Positions 28,193-38,114 of a DNA stretch of 64,000 nt are shown piece after piece. The stretch's first letter is position 1, and every line of letters starts with the position of its first letter. Under the pieces are notes generated by a model. That model searched no databases. It saw nothing but the letters and a program-made list of their open reading frames with translations, and was not told the DNA's origin. The position numbers and the translations under genes are program-made. The DNA lies in the NCBI GenBank assembly GCA_949291125.1, contig CASEUJ010000016.1:67946-131945 (forward strand), written 5' to 3'. This DNA comes from an uncultured Ruminococcus sp. (GTDB taxonomy: Bacteria; Bacillota; Clostridia; Oscillospirales; Ruminococcaceae).

Positions 28193-28221
28193 CTAAAACA
28201 GAGTGGTTTGCGATTGTTTCT

Positions 28222-28284
28222 AAAACAATACACGGAGTTGGTGCAGCATATGATGTGCATCAGCTCCGTATTGTTTTTCTTTTT
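28222..28284. terminator. bidirectional terminator
   Basis: aaaacaatac.acggagttggtgca/tgcatcagctccgtattgtttt. Confidence 0.65.
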
Positions 28285-28316
28285 TATTTAGCCCTGTATC
28301 CCGGGAAACGCAGAAA

Positions 28317-28790
28317 TTATTCCTGTTCGTCTACGTCGAATTCCAGCTCTGCTTCGGAAGCGTTGCCGTCACCTTCCATCACGACGCTTACGTCGCCGTC
28401 CTTTCTTTGAATGATTTGAAAATCGTCGATTTCATCTTCATCGTTTTCAGGTACAACTTCATATACGATTTCGTCATCTGTTTCTTCCACAAAGCGAATG
28501 TCGGTTTCCACCGGTTCTCCATTCAAATAAAATGTCAGCTTGGAAAAAAGTGCCCCATCTGTGGCGGCATTTGCAGTCACGAGAGATAATGCACCAATCC
28601 CGATGGCCGCGGCGGTAAAGATGAGCGGGCGGATCAGGCGCTTGTGTGTGTTCTGTTTCATAGGTTCTTCCCTTTCTGCCATGAGTGGCAATTGTTCCAT
28701 GACACGCCGAGAGATATGCCCGGTATCGGGTGCGGCATCTTCGAGGTGCAATGGCTTAATCGTTTTGTACCATTCTGAATTATTCGGCAT
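28317..28790 (-). CDS. probable anti-sigma factor (single TM, acidic C-terminus)
   Basis: Overlaps the 3' end of the ECF sigma gene; TM ends ..VTANAATDG. Confidence 0.7.
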   Translation of the reverse strand: MPNNSEWYKTIKPLHLEDAAPDTGHISRRVMEQLPLMAEREEPMKQNTHKRLIRPLIFTAAAIGIGALSLVTANAATDGALFSKLTFYLNGEPVETDIRFVEETDDEIVYEVVPENDEDEIDDFQIIQRKDGDVSVVMEGDGNASEAELEFDVDEQE

Positions 28791-29336
28791 GATTAAAACC
28801 CCTTTCTATCATGAATTTCCGGAGTTTTCTTCTGCATCGATGCAGTCTGATCCGAACCGCGGCATCGGTCAGATGAAGTGCCTTTGCGATTTCTGAGGTT
28901 TTTTCTCCATAGAAATAAAAGCGGATTATAAGCTCCTGTTCCGGCTTGTTCAATGTATCCATACCGCGGATTAGCCAGCCAATGCCTCATGCTGTTCTGC
29001 ATCTTGACAAAGATCAGTCGGATCTGACAGCATCAGGTCTTCAATCGACTGTCGAATTGGCGGATGCTTTCCCATGGAACGAAAGCGGTTTTTGGCACAG
29101 TTCCGGGTAATCGCCGCAAGATAGGGCGACAGAGACATATCCTCGCAAAGACGTTCGCGGCTACGCCAAAGCTGAATAAATACATCGGCTGTCAATTTTT
29201 CCAGATCTTTCTTTGATAATTGGTTTCGGGAGATGTTTTGAAGAATAGTGTAAACATATCCGGTGCAAGACTGCATGATGTCCGGAAGAGCAGAGGGATC
29301 TCCGGACTTCAGACGCGATATCCAGTTTTGTTCCAT
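28780..29336 (-). pseudogene. ECF sigma factor split by a frameshift near 28975
   Basis: Region 2 (ADVFIQLW, YLAAITRN.AKN) ends at TAA 28971; region 4 (RFYFYGEKTSEIA..L......VRIRLHR.R.KLR) is in another frame. Confidence 0.85.
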
Positions 29337-29379
29337 ATGGTCATTCCTCACAATCGTCTGTTTTGAGCGCTCACTAAGA

Positions 29380-29407
29380 TATACACGGGATTTCGGAAAA
29401 TGTTTCA
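29380..29407 (-). promoter_or_regulatory. ECF-type (SigW-like) autoregulatory promoter
   Basis: TGAAAC-16-TGTATA directly upstream of the sigma gene. Confidence 0.55.
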
Positions 29408-29477
29408 TAAAGCTTCTGAAAAATCAAAAACCGCGGCAAAAAGCCGCGGCATTTCCATGTGATAGCATTTGGATTTC

Positions 29478-29912
29478 TTATTCTTCGATCTCTGACAGAT
29501 CATCAACTGTGCCGTCCATGATATCCTGTAGGGTTATCGTATCCAGATAGGCATTGATAGTATGATACAATCCTTTCCAGACCGGCAGCGTCATGCAGTC
29601 CGGCGCACGTTCACAGCCGGCAAAATCTTCGCACAGACATGTCACCGGCGCAAGGCTGCCCTCTGTAATACGCAGAATCTCGCCAACAGTATATGCGTTC
29701 GGCTCTTTGGCAAGCATATAGCCGCCCTGATACCCGCGATTGGTGCGCAGCAGATGGGCGCGATGTAAAAGCGGCACGATCTGTTCGAGATATTTTTTGG
29801 AAATTTCCTGACGCCCGGCAATATCTTTGAGCGCCACATAGCCTTCTTCGTCGTGCATTGCGAGATCAAGCATCATCCGCAGTGCATAGCGTCCTTTGGT
29901 TGAAATTTTCAT
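29478..29912 (-). CDS. Rrf2-family transcriptional regulator (IscR/CymR-like, Cys-containing)
   Basis: MKISTKGRYALR, YLEQI, RGYQGGY.L, C.....C.....C. Confidence 0.92.
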   Translation of the reverse strand: MKISTKGRYALRMMLDLAMHDEEGYVALKDIAGRQEISKKYLEQIVPLLHRAHLLRTNRGYQGGYMLAKEPNAYTVGEILRITEGSLAPVTCLCEDFAGCERAPDCMTLPVWKGLYHTINAYLDTITLQDIMDGTVDDLSEIEE

Positions 29913-29955
29913 GAATTCCTGCCTTTCCCGTAGTGCTGTAGTGCTATGATATATT

Positions 29956-29987
29956 CCTATTATACCATAGGTTTTGTCGGTTTTCAA
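29956..29987 (-). promoter_or_regulatory. sigma-A promoter overlapped by a palindromic candidate Rrf2 operator
   Basis: TTGAAA-17-TATAAT; CCTAT-N6-ATAGG palindrome at 29956-29971 over the -10 box. Confidence 0.55.
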
Positions 29988-30244
29988 GGGAGATTTTCAG
30001 AAAGTTTCTATGATGCAGAAAACAGAACCAAATGATCTGAATCAGATAGTTCTGTTTTTCTGATTGCATTGTATCCGGCTCATTGGAACAGCATGTAAGG
30101 CACGATCCGCGACCGTATCAAAATCTTCGCCATAGTTTTTTTATTAGTTGGATCGGGGATACATCGCCGCAGGTGTTTGCGGCAATGACACATAATTAGG
30201 TTATAAATTTCGTTAGTATGATCTAAAAGCGGAGATTGTGCATG

Positions 30245-31945
30245 TTACCCTTTCCGCCGCTTGCGGTTATAGCTGCCGGTTCTGGGCTTTTGGGTATAGC
30301 CGTGGCGAGAGCTGCGGCGCTGGTGGGGTCTGCCACCGGATTCCCGTTTGGGTTTATCGCCGCGCTCATCATACTGACGCACCGCCACTGCCTTGCCGTT
30401 GATCTTGCTGCCGTGCATGGCGTCGATGACAAAGTCCGACTCTGCCGCTGGGACTTCTACGGTGGTGTACTGGTCGTGGATATCGATTTTTCCGAAGTCT
30501 GAGCCAGACATGCCGGTGGCTTCTACCAGTGCCCCTAAGATAAAGTTGGGCGCCATACGATCTTTTCGACCGGCGTTGATCCGCACTCGTACCGTTTTTG
30601 CACCAGTTTTTCTGCCCTTACGAATGGGTCTAGGTACATCGAAGGTCGGCAGATCTTTCATTGCTATATCAAGCTGTTGGGTGATCAATGCCGTCAGCAT
30701 TGTCTGTGCATCCGCCTGCTCTAGGAGCATGTTCGCAAGCTGGACTGCCTCTACCGAAGGCGTAGTCTGTGTCAGTGCCAGCAGCTTTTCGCGTTCTTGT
30801 TCGACCGCCATACTGCGCAATTCTTTCGCAGTGGGAACGGGAATCTCTGTGATTTCTGCTTTAGTGTACTGGGAGATGACCCGCATTTCAATCTCCTGCT
30901 TTCGACCGCTTACAATATTGAACGCCGTACCAGTCTTACCGGCACGACCAGTTCTGCCAATGCGGTGGATGTAATACTCGTGATCTTGGGGTAGGTCATA
31001 GTTGAACACCGCATCCACACCCTTGACATCAATACCCCGAGCCGCCACATCGGTGGCGATCAGTATGGTGTTCCTGCCGCTTTTGAAGCCGTTCATGACC
31101 TGGGTGCGTTGCAACTGCTTCATATCTCCGTGGAGTCCTACTGCCGGAAATCCCCGTTGGCAAAGAACCTCGGTGAGCTCGTCCACCATTTTTTTGGTGT
31201 TGCAGAAGATCATGGCGGAGTTGGGTTTGTGCGCCAGCAGCAAGAGATGTAGCGCATCGGTCTTACGTCCCATGGGGACGCTGACGCAGTACTGGGCAAT
31301 GGTATCTACTGTGCGGTGTGCCGACTGGATCTCCACCAAAACAGGCTCGTGTTGATACTGATTGGTAATAGCCAGAATCGCAGGAGGCATGGTAGCAGAA
31401 AAAAGTACGGTCTGCCGCTGTACCGGAATCTGGGCGAGAACAGATTCAATGTCCTCCCGAAAGCCCATATTCAACATCTCGTCTGCCTCATCGAGGACGA
31501 TCGTCTTCAGCTGATCGAGCTTTAGCGTGCGCCGGTGCAGATGATCAAGTACGCGTCCCGGCGTGCCGACCACAAGGTTTGCGCCGTTTTTTAACTGATA
31601 GATCTGTCTGTCCATGCTGGCACCGCCATAGACGGCTGCCGGACGGATGTGCTTTTTGTATCGTGCAAACTTGCGAATCTCATCGCAGGCCTGCATGGCA
31701 AGCTCCCGAGTGGGGCAGAGGATCAGGGCACAGACGTGGTCGCTGTCCTCCGGTTGCATCTGTTCGAGAATCGGAATGCTGAATGCGGCAGTTTTGCCGG
31801 TACCGGTGTTGGATTTGCCGATGACATCTTTGCCTTCTAAGAGCAAAGGGATCGTTTTTTCCTGAATCGGCGTCATCTCGGTAAAACCTAGCTGGGCGAT
31901 GGCTTTTAATATGGGTTGTGATAAGTTCAGTTCTTGAAATTGCAT
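30245..31945 (-). CDS. DEAD-box RNA helicase with DbpA-type RNA-binding domain and basic tail
   Basis: Q motif, TGTGKT, PTRELA, DEAD, SAT, ARGID, HRIGRTGR. Confidence 0.95.
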   Translation of the reverse strand: MQFQELNLSQPILKAIAQLGFTEMTPIQEKTIPLLLEGKDVIGKSNTGTGKTAAFSIPILEQMQPEDSDHVCALILCPTRELAMQACDEIRKFARYKKHIRPAAVYGGASMDRQIYQLKNGANLVVGTPGRVLDHLHRRTLKLDQLKTIVLDEADEMLNMGFREDIESVLAQIPVQRQTVLFSATMPPAILAITNQYQHEPVLVEIQSAHRTVDTIAQYCVSVPMGRKTDALHLLLLAHKPNSAMIFCNTKKMVDELTEVLCQRGFPAVGLHGDMKQLQRTQVMNGFKSGRNTILIATDVAARGIDVKGVDAVFNYDLPQDHEYYIHRIGRTGRAGKTGTAFNIVSGRKQEIEMRVISQYTKAEITEIPVPTAKELRSMAVEQEREKLLALTQTTPSVEAVQLANMLLEQADAQTMLTALITQQLDIAMKDLPTFDVPRPIRKGRKTGAKTVRVRINAGRKDRMAPNFILGALVEATGMSGSDFGKIDIHDQYTTVEVPAAESDFVIDAMHGSKINGKAVAVRQYDERGDKPKRESGGRPHQRRSSRHGYTQKPRTGSYNRKRRKG

Positions 31946-32002
31946 GTGGATTCCTTTCTGTGATGGATTGTTTGTCAGATCACGGGAGTGCCTCAGATGG
32001 TG

Positions 32003-32740
32003 TTAGTCCTCCTCTGGCATATTCCAGTTATGATATACATTCTGCACATCGTCATTATTTTCCAGATTTTCGAGCAGCAGATTCATTTTCTTGATAGACT
32101 CCTCATCTTCAAGCGTCGTATATGTTGTCGGAATCTGAGTCACTTCTGCCGACAGGACGTTATAGCCCTTTTCTGTCAGCCCCTCGCGCAGCCCGCGCAG
32201 TGCCGACGGCGCACAAGAAACTTCGATGACCTCCGGATCGTCCATGGAGAAATCGTCTGCGTCGAACTCGAAGCAGTCCTCCATCACCTGATCTTCATCC
32301 AGACCAGTGTTTTCGATCAGCACAATCCCTTTTTCGCTGAACATAAAGGATACACAGCCCGAAGTTCCCAGATTTCCACCGAATTTGTCAAAATAATGGC
32401 GCACATCTCCGGCAGTGCGGTTCTTGTTGTCGGTGAGGCATTCTACAATGACGGCAACGCCGTTGGGACCATAGCCCTCGTAGACAATAGTCTCATAATT
32501 GTTCTTATCGCCCTCACCAGCTGCCTTCTTGATCACGCGCTCAATGTTGTCGTTGGGTACGTTGTTGGACTTTGCCTTCGCAATCAGGTCGCGCAGTTTT
32601 GCATTGCTGTTCGGGTCGGGACCGCCTTCTTTGACGCAGACGGTGATTTCTCTGCCGATCTTAGTGAAAATTTTGGCTTTTGCTGCGTCGGTCGCTTCCT
32701 TTTTGCGCTTGATATTATTCCATTTCGAATGTCCTGACAT
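32003..32740 (-). CDS. yebC: YebC/PmpR family protein
   Basis: MSGHSKWNNIKRKK, YEGYGPNG, TDNKNRT, DDVQNVYHN. Confidence 0.95.
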   Translation of the reverse strand: MSGHSKWNNIKRKKEATDAAKAKIFTKIGREITVCVKEGGPDPNSNAKLRDLIAKAKSNNVPNDNIERVIKKAAGEGDKNNYETIVYEGYGPNGVAVIVECLTDNKNRTAGDVRHYFDKFGGNLGTSGCVSFMFSEKGIVLIENTGLDEDQVMEDCFEFDADDFSMDDPEVIEVSCAPSALRGLREGLTEKGYNVLSAEVTQIPTTYTTLEDEESIKKMNLLLENLENNDDVQNVYHNWNMPEED

Positions 32741-32746
32741 TGGTCT

Positions 32747-33169
32747 TTACTCCTTTGTAATCATTTCTGTTTCATCAAGCTGTTCCATCATCTGCCGGAA
32801 CAGCTGTTCTGACCGTGCATCCGCACCGACAAGTGCCAGGTAGCCGAACAGTGCCTCAAGTCCGGTTGCCTTGTGATAGTCCTGCGCACTGGTGTGGCGC
32901 GGTACGGTGACATTGGCATTTCTGCCACGCTTTAATACTGCCGTTTCTTCTGCATCCAGAAGCGGCAGTAAAATTTCATAGCCCTTTGCCTGAAACGCCG
33001 CGCACACAAGCTTGATTTTCCGTTCATGCAGACTTGCTGCTGGACAATTTGCCTGCAAAAGCAGATAGCGGCGCACCATGACTTCATAGACGCTGTCACC
33101 AAAAAACGCCAGCGCCGCCGGGCTGTATTGTCTCGCCTGCTGGGGTGTAATCTGCTGTTTCATTGCCAC
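32747..33169 (-). CDS. mrnC: mini-ribonuclease III
   Basis: LAFFGDSVYE, KRGRNA, Y..ATGLEALFGYL. Confidence 0.92.
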   Translation of the reverse strand: MAMKQQITPQQARQYSPAALAFFGDSVYEVMVRRYLLLQANCPAASLHERKIKLVCAAFQAKGYEILLPLLDAEETAVLKRGRNANVTVPRHTSAQDYHKATGLEALFGYLALVGADARSEQLFRQMMEQLDETEMITKE

Positions 33170-33175
33170 GCTCCC

Positions 33176-34474
<1,299 letters not shown>

Positions 34475-34588
34475 TCAACAGCCATCTGGATGCGCGATAA
34501 TACATATATAAGAAAATCCCAAGCACACAAACGCTGCTCGGGATTTCCAGTCGTTCTTCTCGTAAGGCAGCTTTGCGCTGCCCTGTCG

Positions 34589-34870
34589 TTACTGTGCAGC
34601 GTATACGCTGACCTTCTTGCGGTCTCTGCCAACGCGCTCGAATTTTACAGTGCCGTCTACCATAGCAAACAGCGTGTCATCTGAACCGATGCCAACGCCA
34701 GCACCCGGATGGATGCGTGTGCCTCTCTGACGAACCAGGATGTTGCCAGCCTTAACGAACTGACCGTCTGCGCGCTTTACGCCAAGACGCTTGGACTCAG
34801 AGTCACGACCGTTCTTGGTGGAACCAGAGCCCTTCTTATGTGCAAAAAACTGCATGCTAATGCGCAACAT
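34589..34870 (-). CDS. rpmA: 50S ribosomal protein L27 with Prp-cleaved N-terminal extension
   Basis: [24 protein letters not shown]. Confidence 0.97.
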   Translation of the reverse strand: MLRISMQFFAHKKGSGSTKNGRDSESKRLGVKRADGQFVKAGNILVRQRGTRIHPGAGVGIGSDDTLFAMVDGTVKFERVGRDRKKVSVYAAQ

Positions 34871-34874
34871 ACTC

Positions 34875-35201
34875 TTACACCTCCATGTGTTTCAATTGAA
34901 TATACTTTGGATAAGCTTCTTGTAGGAGCTGCATCTGAAGTTCCAGCCCGGTAAAGAGCCGGTGTGCATCTCCTGTGGTGTCTGTTTCGGTGAGCCGCAG
35001 GACAACTTCCGTGGCGTCCTCATGTGCCTGTACCGCAATCGGAAGGTGATAGACCTCGGTCATCAGATTCGCGACCGTCTGGACTGCGGACGAAACACAG
35101 GCGCACACAATATCGGGACCCGCTTGTGCAAAGCCAGCGTGATCCGAAACAGTACAGCCCGTGCAATGATCCCCTGCATAAAAAAAACGTGCAGTGATCA
35201 T
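34875..35201 (-). CDS. prp: ribosomal-processing cysteine protease
   Basis: HAG....G.DIVCA.VS; lies between rplU and rpmA. Confidence 0.92.
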   Translation of the reverse strand: MITARFFYAGDHCTGCTVSDHAGFAQAGPDIVCACVSSAVQTVANLMTEVYHLPIAVQAHEDATEVVLRLTETDTTGDAHRLFTGLELQMQLLQEAYPKYIQLKHMEV

Positions 35202-35512
35202 TACGCCTCGATGGCTTCGATCTGTACCTGTGTATACGGTTGTCTGTGACCCTGTTTTCTCTTCTGACCCTTCTTCGGCTTATAAGTCATAACAGTGATC
35301 TTCTTTGCCTTGCCGTTCTTGATGACCTTTGCACGAACCGAAGCACCCTCTACATACGGCTTGCCGAGCTTGAGCCCATCTTCGCCGCCAACTGCGATGA
35401 CCTTGTCGAAGACCACGCTTGCGTCTGCCTCTACGTCCAGCTTTTCGATAAAGAGTGTGTCGTTCGCCTTTACCTGATACTGTTTTCCGCCTGTTTCAAT
35501 GACTGCGTACAT
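35201..35512 (-). CDS. rplU: 50S ribosomal protein L21
   Basis: [12 protein letters not shown]...GHRQPYT. Confidence 0.98.
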   Translation of the reverse strand: MYAVIETGGKQYQVKANDTLFIEKLDVEADASVVFDKVIAVGGEDGLKLGKPYVEGASVRAKVIKNGKAKKITVMTYKPKKGQKRKQGHRQPYTQVQIEAIEA

Positions 35513-35532
35513 TGTTTGGCACCTGCCTTTTC

Positions 35533-35598
35533 CTCAAAAACTCGCTGCGCCGGGTGGGATGAGGATCCATCTACTTTTTGACCCGGAAGCATGCGGCT
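35533..35598 (-). ncRNA. L21 ribosomal protein leader
   Basis: CCGCA...CCGGGT/ACCCGG stem...GCGAGT just before the rplU SD, downstream of TTGACA-17-TACAAT (35632-35604). Confidence 0.65.
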
Positions 35599-35863
35599 TT
35601 TTTATTGTATCATAATTTTCCTAGCTTGTCAACTGGTTTTTGAAATTTTTTTCGTAAAACGCGTGATCAGAACCAAATTGGTGTGCCGTCGACAGACGCA
35701 ATGGTGGAACAGTAGAGCAGGAGCTGAAAAATAGTTACAGGATCCTTGTACCGTAGAATATATTGATTAATATTTAATAAGGTAGGGTGGGCGGGTGAAA
35801 GGAACCGTAGCTTTTGTTGTTCATTAGCTTTGTCAGTAAGCCGATCTCGTATATTCGGCACTA

Positions 35864-35892
35864 TTGACAAAATCATAAATTTGTGGTATAAT
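35864..35892 (+). promoter_or_regulatory. sigma-A promoter of the mannanase gene
   Basis: TTGACA-17-TATAAT with TG extension. Confidence 0.75.
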
Positions 35893-35973
35893 ATTTTCAC
35901 GAAATATAATATGCTATCGGGTAAAAGCAGCTTGACCCGATTCGTAAAAGTATACGGAAAGGACGGATTAATT

Positions 35974-37842
35974 ATGAGAAAATACAATAGGCGTCTGGCG
36001 TCTATCGCTGTTGCTGCTGCACTTTGTGCTGGAATGGCGCAGGCAATGCCGATAACGATGACGGCGAACGCCGCAGAGGTGATTTTTCAAGCGGAGTGTG
36101 AGGATCTGATGACGACTGACGGCACGTCACCCCAGGTCTGGACAGATATCTATGGTCAGGTGCTGCCAGGGTACACTGGAGATGGCTTTGTTTATCTGAC
36201 CAATGAAACGCTCACCATGACGGTAGAAGCACCAGCAGATGGTATGTATGAGATCGTGGTGCACTATGCCCAGATTCTTGATACCGCTGGCAGAAACCAA
36301 ACTATTTCGATCAATGGCATGGACTATATGATCTCATCGCCGTACAGCGATTCCTTCATCGATTTTGATATGGGTCGCTATCGCCTGAAAGAAGGTGAAA
36401 ATACCATTCAGTTCAAGCCCCAGTATGGCTATGGCTGTTATGACTCTGTGACAATCAGCGAAGCAGAAATGCCGGAACTTTCAGTAGATTCGACACTTGT
36501 TGATCCGAATGCAACGCCGGAGACACAGTCGCTGATGAACTATCTGTCTTCGGTTTATGGAAAAAATATCATCTCCGGACAGCAGGAAATCTATGGTAAC
36601 GGTCATACAGAGGACAGCCCAAATGGTTATGATCCGCCTTTGGGATATGAGTCCGAGTTCGAGTGGATTCACGATAATTTCGGCGTATATCCGGCGATCC
36701 GTGGTTTTGACTTTATGAACTATAATCCGCTCTATGGCTGGGATGACCAGACCACTGAACGTTGTATTGAATGGGTCAACGAACGTGGCGGAATCGCCAC
36801 AGCATGCTGGCACATCAATGTTCCGAAGGATTTTGCAAGCTACACAGTCGGCGAGGAAGTTGACTGGCAGGGAGCTACCTATAAACCGGATGAAACTGAT
36901 TTTGACACCGCAAATGCCATTGTGCCTGGAACAAAAGAATACGAGTATGTACAGCTTGCTATCGAAGACCTGGCGGAACAGCTTTTGCGTCTGCAAGAGG
37001 CAAATGTGCCGATCATCCTGCGTCCTTATCACGAGGCAGAAGGCAACAGCAATACCGATGGCTCCGGCTCATGGTTCTGGTGGGGCAAGGCGGGCGCTGA
37101 AGTGTATAAACAGCTCTGGATTCAACTGTATACCACCCTTACTGAAGAATATGACCTGCACAATATCATCTGGGAATACAATAGCTATGACTATGCGACC
37201 TCGCCCCAGTGGTATCCGGGAGATGAATATGTCGATATCGTCGGCTATGATAAATACAATACTGTCTACAACCGCCACGACGGTAATACCAGCGGTCCGA
37301 ACGAAGACGCGATCTCCAGTACCTTCTATACACTGGTTGATCTGACCGATGGCAAGAAGATGGTTTCGATGCCGGAAAATGACACCGTGCCAAGTCTTGA
37401 AAATATCCAGGTAGAAAAGGCATATTGGCTCTATTTCTGCATCTGGTACGACAATGGACAGGATAACTTCCTCTCCGGCACCGATAAGAACGATCCCGAA
37501 ACACTCAAAGAAATGTACCAGAGCGAATTCTGCATCACACTCGATGAGCTGCCGGATGACCTCTATACAAATACAGATGTGCGTCCCATTACAACGGCGG
37601 CAACGGACGATACGTCGACGACTTCGACCATAACGACGGCAGAAGAGCACTATCTGCTGGGCGACTTTGACAGAAGTGGTGCGATAGATGGCATGGATAT
37701 CTCGCTCGCAAGACAGACACTGATGCAGTCGGACACACAGTCTTATCCGCTCGAAATCTCTGACATCAACGGTGATGGCACGTTCTCTGTTGCAGATATG
37801 ACACAGCTGTTGCACTTCCTGCTGGGCGACACAGCATCCTAA
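35974..37842 (+). CDS. secreted beta-mannanase: CBM35-like module, GH26, Thr linker, dockerin
   Basis: Signal peptide; GYTGDGFV module; RPYHEAEG and WFWWG, ENDTVP; duplicated GDFDRSGAIDGMD / DINGDGTFSVAD. Confidence 0.92.
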   Translation: MRKYNRRLASIAVAAALCAGMAQAMPITMTANAAEVIFQAECEDLMTTDGTSPQVWTDIYGQVLPGYTGDGFVYLTNETLTMTVEAPADGMYEIVVHYAQILDTAGRNQTISINGMDYMISSPYSDSFIDFDMGRYRLKEGENTIQFKPQYGYGCYDSVTISEAEMPELSVDSTLVDPNATPETQSLMNYLSSVYGKNIISGQQEIYGNGHTEDSPNGYDPPLGYESEFEWIHDNFGVYPAIRGFDFMNYNPLYGWDDQTTERCIEWVNERGGIATACWHINVPKDFASYTVGEEVDWQGATYKPDETDFDTANAIVPGTKEYEYVQLAIEDLAEQLLRLQEANVPIILRPYHEAEGNSNTDGSGSWFWWGKAGAEVYKQLWIQLYTTLTEEYDLHNIIWEYNSYDYATSPQWYPGDEYVDIVGYDKYNTVYNRHDGNTSGPNEDAISSTFYTLVDLTDGKKMVSMPENDTVPSLENIQVEKAYWLYFCIWYDNGQDNFLSGTDKNDPETLKEMYQSEFCITLDELPDDLYTNTDVRPITTAATDDTSTTSTITTAEEHYLLGDFDRSGAIDGMDISLARQTLMQSDTQSYPLEISDINGDGTFSVADMTQLLHFLLGDTAS

Positions 37843-37887
37843 AAGCTGTACATGTTCCACTGACGCAGCGAAGACAGCCACAAAAGT

Positions 37888-37922
37888 AAACAGCTCTCGG
37901 AAGAACCGAGGGCTGTTTTTTT
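37888..37922 (+). terminator. intrinsic terminator
   Basis: aaacagctctcgg/ccgagggctgttt plus T-tract. Confidence 0.8.
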
Positions 37923-38114
37923 GTGACCATCCCCGTAAAAGACGATTCTTGTGTAAAGAATCCATCTTTTTTCCACAAAAAGACTTGCACCGCGCACAAA
38001 CTTGTGCTATAATAAATTCATCTGTTGTTTTGTCATCCAAGGGGAATGACAGACAACATACCGAAATCTGGGTGTCAGGTGAAAGACGCCCACAATATTT
38101 TAAGGAGGAATTCC

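Noticed and set aside
28960-28990. Programmed frameshift or phase variation in the ECF sigma gene
   Set aside because: No slippery heptamer or long repeat tract; removing one GGCT copy does not restore the frame
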